From assembly GCA_039934295.1 (NCBI GenBank), contig JBDTMN010000002.1:26725-90724 (forward strand): 64,000 bases of DNA, read 5' to 3'. The first letter of the stretch is position 1. The number at the start of each line of letters is the position of its first letter. The notes under the pieces are model-generated. The model was not told the DNA's origin. It saw nothing but the letters and a program-made list of their open reading frames with translations, and made no database searches. Below are positions 1 through 9,868 of the stretch, one piece after another. Source of the stretch: Candidatus Tayloriibacteriota bacterium (GTDB taxonomy: Bacteria; Patescibacteriota; Minisyncoccia; Phycocordibacterales; HO2-43-120). The translations under genes and the position numbers were made by a program.

Positions 1-288
1 TGGTTCTACAATGGCCATCTTGCCCAGCCGTAGCCCTTCAAAATTGAAAATCGCCCCAAAGACGACCACAACGCCTATGAGGGTAAGGAAAATCAGACTG
101 CTCCCGTCGAGTGCTGAAATTTCATTTACGACAAATGGAAAGAGCGCGATTGTGCCTATGATGCCGATGAAAAAAAGAGCCTTGGAGGAGCTTAGAGTTC
201 GAACAGTTTTTTGAATAAAAAAATCTCCAAAACCCCAGCAAACAAGGGCGGTGAGCGCGAAAACGATTCCAGTTTGGTAGAAGGTCAT
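1..288 (-). CDS. EamA/DMT family transporter (5' part, runs off window)
   Basis: Manual translation from ATG 288: MTFYQTGIVFALTALVCWGFGDFFIQK...FEGLRLGKMAIVEP, a DMT pattern; absent from the ORF track because truncated. Confidence 0.75.
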   Translation of the reverse strand, partial: MTFYQTGIVFALTALVCWGFGDFFIQKTVRTLSSSKALFFIGIIGTIALFPFVVNEISALDGSSLIFLTLIGVVVVFGAIFNFEGLRLGKMAIVEP

Positions 289-575
289 GGAAAAAGTAAA
301 AAGTGTAAAGTAAAATTATATCACGAAAAATCCAAACGTTTTTTAGTTTGATTTTAAGTTATTGACTCTAGTTCCCTCGCTTTAATAATTAACACCCAGT
401 GTTAATTCATTAGTGACCATTTGGTGTTGAGTAATTCGAGACAATGTGATAGTTTGTGATTCAGATGTTCCTCCCAAAGCATCGCGACAAACGACAACAA
501 TTAAGCGGCCAGGAACCGTTTTCTTAGGCACGAAGCCTTTTTGTCAATTCCGATGGGAAAAAAGAAAAATACAGT

Positions 576-1262
576 ATGAACACGCTTACATTGGCGACCC
601 TTGCAAGAAAAAAAAAGCAAGATAGATCTATCCTCATCAAGATGGTGGGGAGATGGAACGAGAAAAACTTCCACTACGTCTTTGGAGATCCGATATTCTG
701 CGCACTCGAGCTGAGGCCGATTCTTCTCGCAACCTTTCTCATTCCTATATTTGGATGGATTGTGGGGGGGGTTTTTTTGTATCCATTTCCGATTGCAATT
801 ATCCTTGTGGGTTTCCTTTCCACAACTCTCGGTTTGCTACTCGCGCCTCTCACCGCTTGGCTAGATGGCCGCCATCATCCGTTTCAACATCACATTTGGA
901 TGTGGCAGAGGGTCCAAAAGTTTTGCAGGTCGATATCGCTATTGGAGCAAAAGGCAGGAACGTTTAATCTTGATTGGTCAACCGAGAAGATTGCCAATAC
1001 GGCCACGGCCATCCTAAAGGATAAGGCCAGAGAGGTGAAGACGGCTGAGCAAAAGCTTGCGGAATTCATTAAGACTCACGAAAATGATTTAACATGGGAA
1101 AGACCGTATTCTAAACCCAAGGAATCGGAATTGCGCGATGCTGAAAAAGCCAAGAGGGACGAATTCAAGCGCTTGTACCACAAATGGATGTTTCCTATTG
1201 CTGACATCTCTGAAAACCACGCGATGTTTTTTGAAGACATGCCTCAAGTTGTGCGAGCATAA
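576..1262 (+). CDS. Hypothetical membrane protein
   Basis: 228-aa ORF, two hydrophobic segments and a coiled-coil C-terminus; followed by hairpin plus T-tract. Confidence 0.6.
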   Translation: MNTLTLATLARKKKQDRSILIKMVGRWNEKNFHYVFGDPIFCALELRPILLATFLIPIFGWIVGGVFLYPFPIAIILVGFLSTTLGLLLAPLTAWLDGRHHPFQHHIWMWQRVQKFCRSISLLEQKAGTFNLDWSTEKIANTATAILKDKAREVKTAEQKLAEFIKTHENDLTWERPYSKPKESELRDAEKAKRDEFKRLYHKWMFPIADISENHAMFFEDMPQVVRA

Positions 1263-1526
1263 CTGCGATGGTCCGACGTCTGCATTTTCATCCCTGCGCA
1301 TTCCGCGGGGATTTTATTTTGACAATTATGAAAATGCCAATATGAAATGAAGTTGCGAATAGTATGTAGAAAGTAGGCATTAGAAATTTTAGTCATTTCA
1401 CGAAAAATCCGATGTTTTCCACAGATGCATTTTTTGTTTTTTGAAAAAAGATGGTAAGATTGTTCTCGGCATTCATTCTAATGTTTTGAATTGAGTGCAG
1501 ATTTATCAGCAGAATTTTTTGCACTC

Positions 1527-1625
1527 ATGAGTAAAATTCTTTTTGTTATTCTCGCGCCCATCTATGCGCCTATGGCACTTTTTTTAGGACTTACTTTTGA
1601 TTGGTGGATGGAACTTTGGGATTAA
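1527..1625 (+). CDS. Putative 32-aa hydrophobic peptide
   Basis: MSKILFVILAPIYAPMALFLGLTFDWWMELWD*; extended -10-like TGGTAAGAT upstream near 1452. Confidence 0.35.
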   Translation: MSKILFVILAPIYAPMALFLGLTFDWWMELWD

Positions 1626-1743
1626 CGCAGTCTTATCAAGCGAACCTCTTTGTAGGGAATAAAATGTTTCTCGGCGTATTTCCAAGCCAAAAAAGCAGAT
1701 TAGGTTGTTCTAACCAGCTTTTTAAACAATAAAATGACTACGA

Positions 1744-1998
1744 CTAGGTGAGATGCTTGGAAACAAGCTTCGTCATTTCAAACATATTCACTACCGCCTT
1801 CCCTCCGAATACCTTTTTCAAAGCCTCGTCGGCAATGATGTTTCTCTTATTTTTCGGATCCTGAAGATTCTTGCTCTTGATGTAGACCCAGAGCTTCTTT
1901 ACCACCTCGCTTCGAGGCATCGGCCCAGCACCTACCACCACAGCTAAATCGGCGCTCACCGTCATCGGCTTCATAAATGCGGAATTCACTTTTGCCAT
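1744..1998 (-). CDS. Stand-alone SWIB/MDM2 domain protein
   Basis: MPRSEVVKKLWVYIKSKNLQDPKNKRNIIADEALKKVFG is a SWIB signature. Confidence 0.9.
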   Translation of the reverse strand: MAKVNSAFMKPMTVSADLAVVVGAGPMPRSEVVKKLWVYIKSKNLQDPKNKRNIIADEALKKVFGGKAVVNMFEMTKLVSKHLT

Positions 1999-2244
1999 AT
2001 ATTATTTGCCCGTCAAAATTTTCTCAAAGAAAATGTTGACGAAAGTTATCTATTAATAAATCGTTACTTAAGTATAGCACTTATCTTAAAAAAGACACCA
2101 ATGTACAGTTGCCCTTATAAGGTGATAGTCTTCATGAATCGGGATGACAACGGGTAACTAAAAAGTTATCCACATTCTAAGTCTATTCAGGTAATCACAT
2201 CAATGATAAAATACTTTTATTAGTAGTAAGATAACGTACTATTT

Positions 2245-2688
2245 ATGGAATCAAACGTGCAAAATGTAAATTTCACGCCATCCACTAAAAAAAGGAGGAC
2301 TTGGCCTTTGATCGTAGGTATCTTAGGTGGCATTGTCCTTCTGATCGTTGTCATTATCGGGGGTGCTTTGTGGATGACAAACGCTTCTGCAAAGGTAGCC
2401 ACGGATTTTATGAATTCCATCATCAGTCATAACATCACTCATGCATATGAGCTCGTTTCTCCTGAACTCAAAGAGGGCAAGGACGAGGCATCGTTTGAAG
2501 AATTTGTGCAAGGTGACTCAGTATTTTCTAAAGCCAATCATTATGAAATAAGTGGACGAGAAGTGCAGAATAATGTAGCCCAAATTACCGGGATCGTTAG
2601 CACTTCTGACGCTCAAACTTACGATATTAGTATTGTACTAGAAAAATCTAGCGGTAACTGGCTTGTCTCTGGGTGGGATATTAGGTGA
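2245..2688 (+). CDS. Membrane-anchored hypothetical protein (NTF2/DUF4878-like)
   Basis: N-terminal TM; C-terminal LEKSSGNWLVSG motif. Confidence 0.6.
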   Translation: MESNVQNVNFTPSTKKRRTWPLIVGILGGIVLLIVVIIGGALWMTNASAKVATDFMNSIISHNITHAYELVSPELKEGKDEASFEEFVQGDSVFSKANHYEISGREVQNNVAQITGIVSTSDAQTYDISIVLEKSSGNWLVSGWDIR

Positions 2689-2831
2689 GCCTAATAATTT
2701 TTCTTTTCACGATGTACGCACCATTGCCTCTTAATTTTAGTCCGAAGAAAAAGCGGGAGTTTGATAAAAAAACGATGAACTAAATAGTATAGCCTACTGC
2801 CCAAAGAATCATTCTGTATTGGGTAAAGATG

Positions 2832-4670
2832 TTAAGACTTTTCCCGAAATAGTCTGGCGGAGTTAATGAGTGGGAAAAAGTCGCTCACAAAGTTGTAAAA
2901 TGCCGCCAATGCAGGACCGAGAACCCCGGTGAACACCAGCGCAAAGCCGATTACATTCGACGCAAACCAAATAATCATATCCCACCTAATAACCGACATA
3001 ACTTTTCGGCTATAAGAAATCGTGTCCGGCAGGCGGGATAAATCATCGTTTAAAATCACCACGTCGGCGGCTTCTACCGACACGGCCGCTCCACCCGAAC
3101 CCATTGCAATCCCTACATCTGCCCTAGCAAGAGCGGCAGCATCGTTTATTCCGTCGCCCACCATCGCCACAGGTCCCCCGCCAATAAGTTTTTCAAGTTC
3201 CCGAAGTTTTTCCTCCGGCTTCATTTCCGCGAGAACCTTGTCGATGCCGATCGCCCGAGCAATAGCGCCTGCAACCAATTTGTTGTCCCCTGTAAACATC
3301 TGGATATTATCCACGCCTAAACTCTGCAAATCAGCAATGCTCTCCCGCGCTTCAGGTCGGGGCATGTCACCCATTGAAAGGTATCCCCAGATTTTGCCGT
3401 TTCGAAATACAATCGCCCACGTTTTATCGCTCCCCTCAATCTTTTTCTTAATGCGAGACTTTTCCTCTTCGCTAAGAGCGATAGCAAGGTCAGAAATAAT
3501 GCTGAAATCCCCAATCGCAATCGCCTCTCCCTTGACACGAGCCGTAACACCGCTTCCCTTATACACCTTGAATTCCTCGGGGTCGGGAAAATCGCTCCCA
3601 TGTTTTATCGCTTCCTTAAAAATCGTCCTGCCGATAGGGTGCTCGGAAAACTTCTCTGTTACTCCTACCGCGCGCCAAAAATCGTCTGTGGAAATGCCCG
3701 GTTCGATCTCTATATCTTTAAGCTCAAACGAGCCATAGGTCAAAGTCCCGGTTTTATCGATAACAAGCGTCTTCAGTTTGCTTAATGTCTCTATCCACTC
3801 CCCTCCTTTCACAACCACACCGCGCTTGGCGGACCTGCCGAGAGCCGCCGTAATTGCAAGCGGTATGGCGACAGCCATGTCGTCGGCGCACGCTACCAAA
3901 AAAAGCGCGGCAGTCATCTCAATATTTCGAGTTATGACATAAGTGCCAATTCCCAGCGCGAGAACGATGGGAAGAAAAATCGTCGCAAATCTATCCGCCA
4001 ATTGTTCCGAATGAGATTTCTTTTTCGCCGCATCGGCAACAAGCGCGGCCATGCGTTCAATCGTAGAATCTTTTCCGACCCGTGTCGCCCGAATTTTTAT
4101 TAACCCCGATTCGTTGACCGTGGCGCTCAATACTTGATCGCCCACAACTTTCTCTACCGGCATTGATTCTCCGGTCACTGATGACTCATTTACAAGAGCT
4201 TTGCCAAATATCGTAATACCGTCCACGGGCACTCGGGACCCTTCTTTTATAAGGAGCGTATCCCCCATCGAAATAGCGTCAGTCGGAATCTCCTCGGTAT
4301 CGGCTCCTTTTTCCCTTAGCGCAGTCTGCGGTTTTAATTTAAAGAGTTCCTCGAGGGTTCGCCGGGTGCGCGACTCCGTATAGGCATTCAACATTCGAGC
4401 AAAAGCAAGCATGAGAATAATAAACGTTGCGGAATTCACGTCGCCATAGGCGAATGCCGCGCAAATGGCAAAGATATTGAACGAATCGATGCTAATGCGC
4501 GCCTTAAGCGTCGACTGGACGGCACCAATGAGCGTAGGCAGAGCGCCTAAAACCACTACCGGCCACAAAAAGTAAATCGCGGGAGGAAATAGAATTTTCA
4601 CCAAAAAGGCGATGACTATTGCAATCACCAAGGCAAAATCCATTTTCGTATTTACGTGCGCGTGGTTCAT
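2832..4670 (-). CDS. Heavy-metal P1B-type ATPase
   Basis: TGES, DKTGT, SEHP, TGDN and GDGIND motifs; atypical CADD intramembrane motif. Confidence 0.92.
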   Translation of the reverse strand: MNHAHVNTKMDFALVIAIVIAFLVKILFPPAIYFLWPVVVLGALPTLIGAVQSTLKARISIDSFNIFAICAAFAYGDVNSATFIILMLAFARMLNAYTESRTRRTLEELFKLKPQTALREKGADTEEIPTDAISMGDTLLIKEGSRVPVDGITIFGKALVNESSVTGESMPVEKVVGDQVLSATVNESGLIKIRATRVGKDSTIERMAALVADAAKKKSHSEQLADRFATIFLPIVLALGIGTYVITRNIEMTAALFLVACADDMAVAIPLAITAALGRSAKRGVVVKGGEWIETLSKLKTLVIDKTGTLTYGSFELKDIEIEPGISTDDFWRAVGVTEKFSEHPIGRTIFKEAIKHGSDFPDPEEFKVYKGSGVTARVKGEAIAIGDFSIISDLAIALSEEEKSRIKKKIEGSDKTWAIVFRNGKIWGYLSMGDMPRPEARESIADLQSLGVDNIQMFTGDNKLVAGAIARAIGIDKVLAEMKPEEKLRELEKLIGGGPVAMVGDGINDAAALARADVGIAMGSGGAAVSVEAADVVILNDDLSRLPDTISYSRKVMSVIRWDMIIWFASNVIGFALVFTGVLGPALAAFYNFVSDFFPLINSARLFREKS

Positions 4671-4768
4671 TGGGTGTTTCGCTCATTTGCATTATAGCAG
4701 AGGCAAAAAAGAAATCACACAAAATACAAAGGAGTCCCCCTTAAATAGCCCGACAGCAACCATGCAAA

Positions 4769-4966
4769 ATAAAATAGTGCTCGTCCTATCCCCGTAGCAG
4801 AGCTAGCGGGGTATTCGGCGAGCGCATTTTATTTTGAAAACCCCTCGGTTTTCAACGCTCGCCGACTCGCTGCTTTCCGCCACGGGGAAACTCCCGTTTC
4901 CCCGACCCCCTTCCCAAACTCCGCATTCATCCCCGCAGCAGAGCTGTGGGGAATTCTGCGGATTTA
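4769..4966 (-). mobile_element. Non-autonomous IS200/IS605-like hairpin element (PATE-like), copy A
   Basis: Two subterminal CCCC..GGGG hairpins with the same end architecture as 12415-12692 and 21501-21712. Confidence 0.6.
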
Positions 4967-6511
4967 TTAAACGAATCCGGGAAAATAGTCAGTTTTGATT
5001 TTAGAGCGTTTGACACCGATGCCTCGGAGAATTGCTTTGTACGAAGTTACCATCGCCTGCGGTCCTGAAATATAAAACTTTCGCTCCAGAAAATCAGGGA
5101 CTTCTCGTTTAACGGTTTGAGCAAAAAGCGCGGACAGCGCTTCCGGAGACAAGTGAACGCCGTCGTCGCTATATGAATAGACTGTTTTAATCCCGAGCTC
5201 CTTCTTTGCCCTTTCAAAAATATCCGAATATACGGCATCATTCGGAGTTTTATTGAAATACAAAAGAGTGATAGGGCGCGCCTCGCGGTTGTGAAGAAGA
5301 TACTGAATCATACTCCGAAACGGAGTGACCCCTATTCCCCCAGCGATGAAGACAAGCTTTTTATTTTTATTCTTTGGCAAGGTAAAATCGCCCGCGATCT
5401 CGGAAGCCACGATAGACTTCCCTGTGCTCATCGCGAGCATGGCTTTTTTGAATGTGCTTCCCGGTTCATAGAATTTCACCCCGATGGAAAGTTCTCGCTC
5501 GGTCGGAGAGGACGCAAGAGTAAAAAAACGCCTCACGCTCCGGCTATCGGGATGCGAGTGCGCAAGTGTCCACTCCATGTACTGCCCCGGCCGAAACGAA
5601 ACCGGCCTGTCTGACGCAAAAGCAAATTCATACACGTCTCGGGAAAGCCGAACTACTCGTTTCAGTTTCAAATTGAGCTTATATTTCGGGCTGACGAGAT
5701 ACGAAAATACATTTCCCACCAGAAGCGCGAGCTCGGGCGTGAAGTAGAAAGAACCGATGTTCACGTTCGGCAAAAACAGCAGGCCGACGAGAGCTCCGTA
5801 GAGTACACGCAATAATTTCGAGGGCGGAGTAGTCATCGGTTCCGTGAGCATAACCGTTGCAAAGAAAAACGTGGGAGCATAGAGCAACGCCTGACTTAAA
5901 GAACGCACGACATCAAGCCCTCTTCCAAAATAATAAAAGGCAATCCCCACAGTAAACACCCCTATGAAAGCAAACCACAAATCAAATCGTCGTATTTTCC
6001 GAACAATGAGAAGCCCCCCAATGAGCACAAACGGGACCATAGGAAGCGTCCCTATCCACCAACTAGCTGACAAGCCTAAAACAACGCTAGTAGCCGCCAC
6101 ACCGAAAGCGACGGGATTGAAAACATGCTTCTTTCGAATGGCTAAAATATATTTTGAGGCTATGGCAACTGCGGACGCCCAAAATGCGAGCGGAAGATAT
6201 TGCATATCGATCCAAAGAGTAGGGGGACTTATAATCAAAGCAAGAATGAGCGCGGTTATCCACGTTGATTCAGGATTCGAAGGAACCTCGAACATCCGAG
6301 CAAAAATTTTGTTCACAATCCAAGAAACAGAAAAAATAAAAGCCACCGAGAAAACAAGAAAAATAGGGTTTACCGGAAACACGCCAAAAAATCCCATGAT
6401 GAAGGCGACGAGCAAAAGAAAAGCAAGCTCGTACACCACGAGTCGGTACATCGTTATCCTATTTAATATTTTGTCGATTGCTTTTATCATCATGTATTTA
6501 AAAACCGGCAA
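4967..6511 (-). CDS. RnfD/NqrB-like membrane domain fused to FNR-type FAD/NAD-binding oxidoreductase
   Basis: KHVFNP and MLTEPMTTP (RnfD-like); RFFTLASSP and IAGGIGVTPF (FNR family). Confidence 0.88.
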   Translation of the reverse strand: MPVFKYMMIKAIDKILNRITMYRLVVYELAFLLLVAFIMGFFGVFPVNPIFLVFSVAFIFSVSWIVNKIFARMFEVPSNPESTWITALILALIISPPTLWIDMQYLPLAFWASAVAIASKYILAIRKKHVFNPVAFGVAATSVVLGLSASWWIGTLPMVPFVLIGGLLIVRKIRRFDLWFAFIGVFTVGIAFYYFGRGLDVVRSLSQALLYAPTFFFATVMLTEPMTTPPSKLLRVLYGALVGLLFLPNVNIGSFYFTPELALLVGNVFSYLVSPKYKLNLKLKRVVRLSRDVYEFAFASDRPVSFRPGQYMEWTLAHSHPDSRSVRRFFTLASSPTERELSIGVKFYEPGSTFKKAMLAMSTGKSIVASEIAGDFTLPKNKNKKLVFIAGGIGVTPFRSMIQYLLHNREARPITLLYFNKTPNDAVYSDIFERAKKELGIKTVYSYSDDGVHLSPEALSALFAQTVKREVPDFLERKFYISGPQAMVTSYKAILRGIGVKRSKIKTDYFPGFV

Positions 6512-7250
6512 CGGTAAAATCCAAAAATCCGCTCGTCATAACAGCAATACCATTTTTGTCTATTGCATATCCTTCAAAGTCTGAAATACTTTCGATAAAT
6601 TCAATCCCTCGATTGCCCATGGCAAACGCCGCAGTCGCAAAACGGTCCGCCTCGTATACGTCGGGTCCAATAACCGTCAAACTCACCATGTCGGTTTCCA
6701 CCGATTTTCCAGAATGAGGATTATAGATATGCTTGCCTCGAATATACACTCCCGAAGTTGCCACGCCTCGGCCTTTAGGATACACCACTTTAACTATTTC
6801 ATCACGATTGAATGGACTGCGGATACCGACGCTCCATTCTTTGCCCTCCTCATCGATACCTCGCGATTCAATGTCCCCTCCTACATCTACGAAGAAATTT
6901 TTACAGCCCATTTTTTTCAAGAGTTGTGCCGCATTTTTTATTGCCCAGCCTTTGACAATCCCCGAAGGGTCGTATGAGCCATCCGGTTTTTGTATGTCGA
7001 AATATCCAAGCGTTTCTTTTTTTGTTTTTTCAGAGAGAGTGAAAATTTCTTTCATTTCCTTGCTCAATTTTTCAGACGAAATTTCCCCCCTGTTAATTCT
7101 AGAAATTTCGCTATCATATTTGTAGGTGCTGAATTTTTCATCAACATGCTCGAGATAGTCGAACACGCGGTCAAAATATTCCTGACTTCCCGGAATGTCT
7201 GCAATGTTAACGGTTACTGGCATTCCCATTATGTCTCGAGTTTGTTTCAT
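6498..7250 (-). CDS. apbE: FAD:protein FMN transferase
   Basis: MGMPV, DPSGIVKGW, VATSG, HIYNP and ADRFATA motifs. Confidence 0.92.
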   Translation of the reverse strand: MKQTRDIMGMPVTVNIADIPGSQEYFDRVFDYLEHVDEKFSTYKYDSEISRINRGEISSEKLSKEMKEIFTLSEKTKKETLGYFDIQKPDGSYDPSGIVKGWAIKNAAQLLKKMGCKNFFVDVGGDIESRGIDEEGKEWSVGIRSPFNRDEIVKVVYPKGRGVATSGVYIRGKHIYNPHSGKSVETDMVSLTVIGPDVYEADRFATAAFAMGNRGIEFIESISDFEGYAIDKNGIAVMTSGFLDFTVAGF

Positions 7251-7256
7251 TATTTT

Positions 7257-7862
7257 TTAAATTTTTGCCTGTGCAAGAGCATATGCGAGAGATTGACGGA
7301 ATGCGGCACTTATGTCGGTTGCCCCCGAAACAGTGCTCACTTTTGCGCTTTGCGCCTGTATCGCTTCGCTTACCAATCGGGGCATCGCACGGCTACTTAT
7401 ACTCCTCGATGTACTGCGGTCATTCGGATATTGAAGAAAAGATATGTCAGTAATTTTTCCTCCGGCAATAGTAACTGCCACCTCGACGTTTCCATAATAC
7501 GCATCGGCAATACTGCCATTGTACGAACCATCAACATACTGGCCAGCTGGTTTTGGTTTTGGAATGATTATAGGAGTAGGTATTGGAGTCGGAATTGGGG
7601 TTGGAGTTGGAGAGAAAATAATTAAAGGTGTCGGCTTAGGTTTGGGTAATGGCTTTGGCGAAATGGAAGGAGAGACGGTGAGCGTGGGAATCGGTGTTGA
7701 AGGAGTAGTCGGCACAACTATGACTCCGTTGTCATTGACGCGAGAAAGCGGAATCGGGACGGTAACGACAAATGCAGGCGAGCTCGGATAAGCCAACGCC
7801 CGATACATTCCATATGCGGCAAAAGCTACAATAAATATTGCTGACGTAATGAATTTTCTCAT
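7257..7862 (-). CDS. Exported FMN-binding domain protein with Pro/Thr-rich linker
   Basis: YVDGSYNG, YGNVEVAV and VSGAT flavinylation motif. Confidence 0.88.
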   Translation of the reverse strand: MRKFITSAIFIVAFAAYGMYRALAYPSSPAFVVTVPIPLSRVNDNGVIVVPTTPSTPIPTLTVSPSISPKPLPKPKPTPLIIFSPTPTPIPTPIPTPIIIPKPKPAGQYVDGSYNGSIADAYYGNVEVAVTIAGGKITDISFLQYPNDRSTSRSISSRAMPRLVSEAIQAQSAKVSTVSGATDISAAFRQSLAYALAQAKI

Positions 7863-7912
7863 AGGTATTTTTGTTTCGGGCCTAAAGCTTATGCCCTAGC
7901 TTTATACCTACT

Positions 7913-7940
7913 TATACGCACCGCCCGCGTATTTCTTTCA
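7913..7940 (-). promoter_or_regulatory. SigW-type ECF promoter
   Basis: Minus strand TGAAAG-N16-CGTATA, close to the SigW consensus TGAAAC-N16-CGTA. Confidence 0.6.
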
Positions 7941-7952
7941 CCTTACGTCCTT

Positions 7953-8681
7953 CTATTCTGATTCTCCAGAAGAAAATCTTCGGACGCCACTTGCCTCTAT
8001 TTCGTCGTCATCTTCGCCAAAAGAAGGCCCGAAAACATATACCTTATCGCCGATTTTGAGAAGTGGAGAATCTGGAGGAAGAATAACCTTGCGCGTTCCG
8101 TCATCTTCATCATGGTCCTTGTCGTCATGAGAAATGACAATAGTGTTCCCTTCCTTAGAAACAACACTCCCCCGAAATATTCCTTTCTCAGCGTGCGACT
8201 CGCGAATACGTCCATACGCTCCTCCAATCAAAGGCAATACCCCTTCGTCTGCGCGGTTCAAAAGAATTCTATTGAGCGGAGTATAATTGGCAAGAACGCC
8301 CAAAATGGCACTCGACGCAAATATAAAAAGAAAGATCGGGAGGAGAGGAATCCGGTAGCCGAATTTGAATGCCTGCAAGAGCCATTCAAGCAGGAACAGG
8401 AGCGCAATACCTAGGAGAAAAAATGCCCACGGGAAAAGCGAGAGGAAAACAAGCGCGCCTTGCCCCCCAAAGCCGAGTAAGAAGTGCTGTCCGCTTTCCT
8501 GAATGCTGAAAAAGATGAAGCTCGCGAGAAAAATGGAGAGGAGGAGAACAAGCGCCGAAGTAAAAATAATGCCCGCTATGCGCACAGCAAAAAATGCTTT
8601 CGACTTCATATGCACTTTGCTCTTACGAACTTTATCGAGCACCATATTCTGAATATTCTGTTCTATATTTTTTTCACTCAT
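7953..8681 (-). CDS. Putative membrane anti-sigma factor
   Basis: Start MSEKNIEQ overlaps the ECF sigma stop; three TM segments and an extracytoplasmic domain. Confidence 0.65.
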   Translation of the reverse strand: MSEKNIEQNIQNMVLDKVRKSKVHMKSKAFFAVRIAGIIFTSALVLLLSIFLASFIFFSIQESGQHFLLGFGGQGALVFLSLFPWAFFLLGIALLFLLEWLLQAFKFGYRIPLLPIFLFIFASSAILGVLANYTPLNRILLNRADEGVLPLIGGAYGRIRESHAEKGIFRGSVVSKEGNTIVISHDDKDHDEDDGTRKVILPPDSPLLKIGDKVYVFGPSFGEDDDEIEASGVRRFSSGESE

Positions 8682-9234
8682 TTTCTTTTTTGGGTAACAG
8701 CTTTTTAAGCGCCTCACGCGCCCGGGAAAGACGGATACCAACTGTGCCAATCGGTATATGCAAAATGTCACCTATCTCTTTGTAGCTGAAATTTTCGAAA
8801 TAGTAGAGACCGATGATTTCTCGATAGGAAGACGAGAGCCCCAGCAGGCTCTTCTCTAGTAGTACGCGCATTTCCTCCGCTTCTTTCTCTTTTTCAAGCG
8901 GGTCCTCATATTCCGCATGGGACATCACTCGGTCAAGGTCGAAAAAGTATAATGGCTCTTTGGCTTTTTTTCGAATTACATCAACAAACGCATTGTGCGC
9001 AATGCGGTAAATCCAGGGCGAAAAACGACGTGTTGAATCGAAATCCTGTATATTTTGATACACCGTCACAAAAACATCCTGCACAACATCGCCCACATTA
9101 TTTTCCTTTGAGAGAACCCTGCTTCCATACCGAAGCAACTTTCCTGTATAGCGTTCCATGAGAATAGCGAACGCCCGTTCATCCCCTTTCTGCACTTGTC
9201 TTGCAAGTTCTTCGTCCGAAGCAACATTATCCAT
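8674..9234 (-). CDS. ECF RNA polymerase sigma factor (SigW-like)
   Basis: DVVQDVF, FSPWIYRIAHN and SYKEIGDILHIPIGTV. Confidence 0.93.
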   Translation of the reverse strand: MDNVASDEELARQVQKGDERAFAILMERYTGKLLRYGSRVLSKENNVGDVVQDVFVTVYQNIQDFDSTRRFSPWIYRIAHNAFVDVIRKKAKEPLYFFDLDRVMSHAEYEDPLEKEKEAEEMRVLLEKSLLGLSSSYREIIGLYYFENFSYKEIGDILHIPIGTVGIRLSRAREALKKLLPKKENE

Positions 9235-9267
9235 ACTCGTATTCTAAACCGAAAAAAAACTCACTTA

Positions 9268-9579
9268 TTAATCGTTCTTTTCTTGCTTATTCAATCCCCA
9301 TTGCCACTTCGGCTTTTCGCCCGTAAGATAGCAGATTCCAATTAGCGCGAGAACGAGAATTGCGGTTTGGGGAACAAAACTTATGAGAAAATCGCTTATT
9401 GAATTTTGCGTAGAATCAGTGCGAAAGAAATTGAGCGTAATGAGAGCAAGAAAAACCGCCAGGACCAGCCAGCCCTGCCACGTGGCAGGCGTCCAACCCC
9501 AACCGTAGAGCTTGGCTTTGAACCAGTATCCCTTCGGATTATCTTTCAAATATGCGATGTATTCTTTGAGCATACTCAA
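9268..9579 (-). CDS. Small membrane protein
   Basis: WFKAKLYGWGWTPATWQGW, two TM segments, GEKPKWQWG. Confidence 0.7.
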   Translation of the reverse strand: MSMLKEYIAYLKDNPKGYWFKAKLYGWGWTPATWQGWLVLAVFLALITLNFFRTDSTQNSISDFLISFVPQTAILVLALIGICYLTGEKPKWQWGLNKQEKND

Positions 9580-9584
9580 TTACA

Positions 9585-9803
9585 TTACTGCTCGGAAGAC
9601 CGGTCATCGAGACCTCGTTCTCTTAGAAGCCTGTCATTAAGTGCCTCAAGACCTGCCTTATCATTAGTCTCTATGTCCGTCTGAATCACCGGACCGAGAG
9701 ACCCGTCTTGGTATCGTTCTCTCCACGTGCGTCGACCATCTTGTGAAGAGAAATTTATACCAATTGAAGTTTTACCTTCAATTTTTTCATTTTCATTTGA
9801 CAT
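9585..9803 (-). CDS. Hypothetical protein
   Basis: 72-aa ORF co-oriented and tightly spaced with neighbours. Confidence 0.5.
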   Translation of the reverse strand: MSNENEKIEGKTSIGINFSSQDGRRTWRERYQDGSLGPVIQTDIETNDKAGLEALNDRLLRERGLDDRSSEQ

Positions 9804-9868
9804 ATAATTTTTTGAAAGCTACTAATGGGTTAATTATATCAGGTAATTTGCTTCCCCACATCGTGGGA

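Noticed and set aside
321-1410. 13-bp direct repeat TCACGAAAAATCC flanking the ORF at 576
   Set aside because: AT-rich with no other mobile-element evidence; could be chance or regulatory.
2092-2158. GIY-YIG relic (GQLYIGV on minus strand next to GTCATCCCG)
   Set aside because: Too short and stop-interrupted to support a call.
2166-2174. oriC from DnaA box TTATCCACA
   Set aside because: Only one perfect box; other near-matches are scattered and dnaA is not nearby.
3022-7791. Long antisense ORFs (e.g. 3022-3738, 5964-6584, 6990-7625)
   Set aside because: They lie opposite well-supported genes and have no recognisable motifs.
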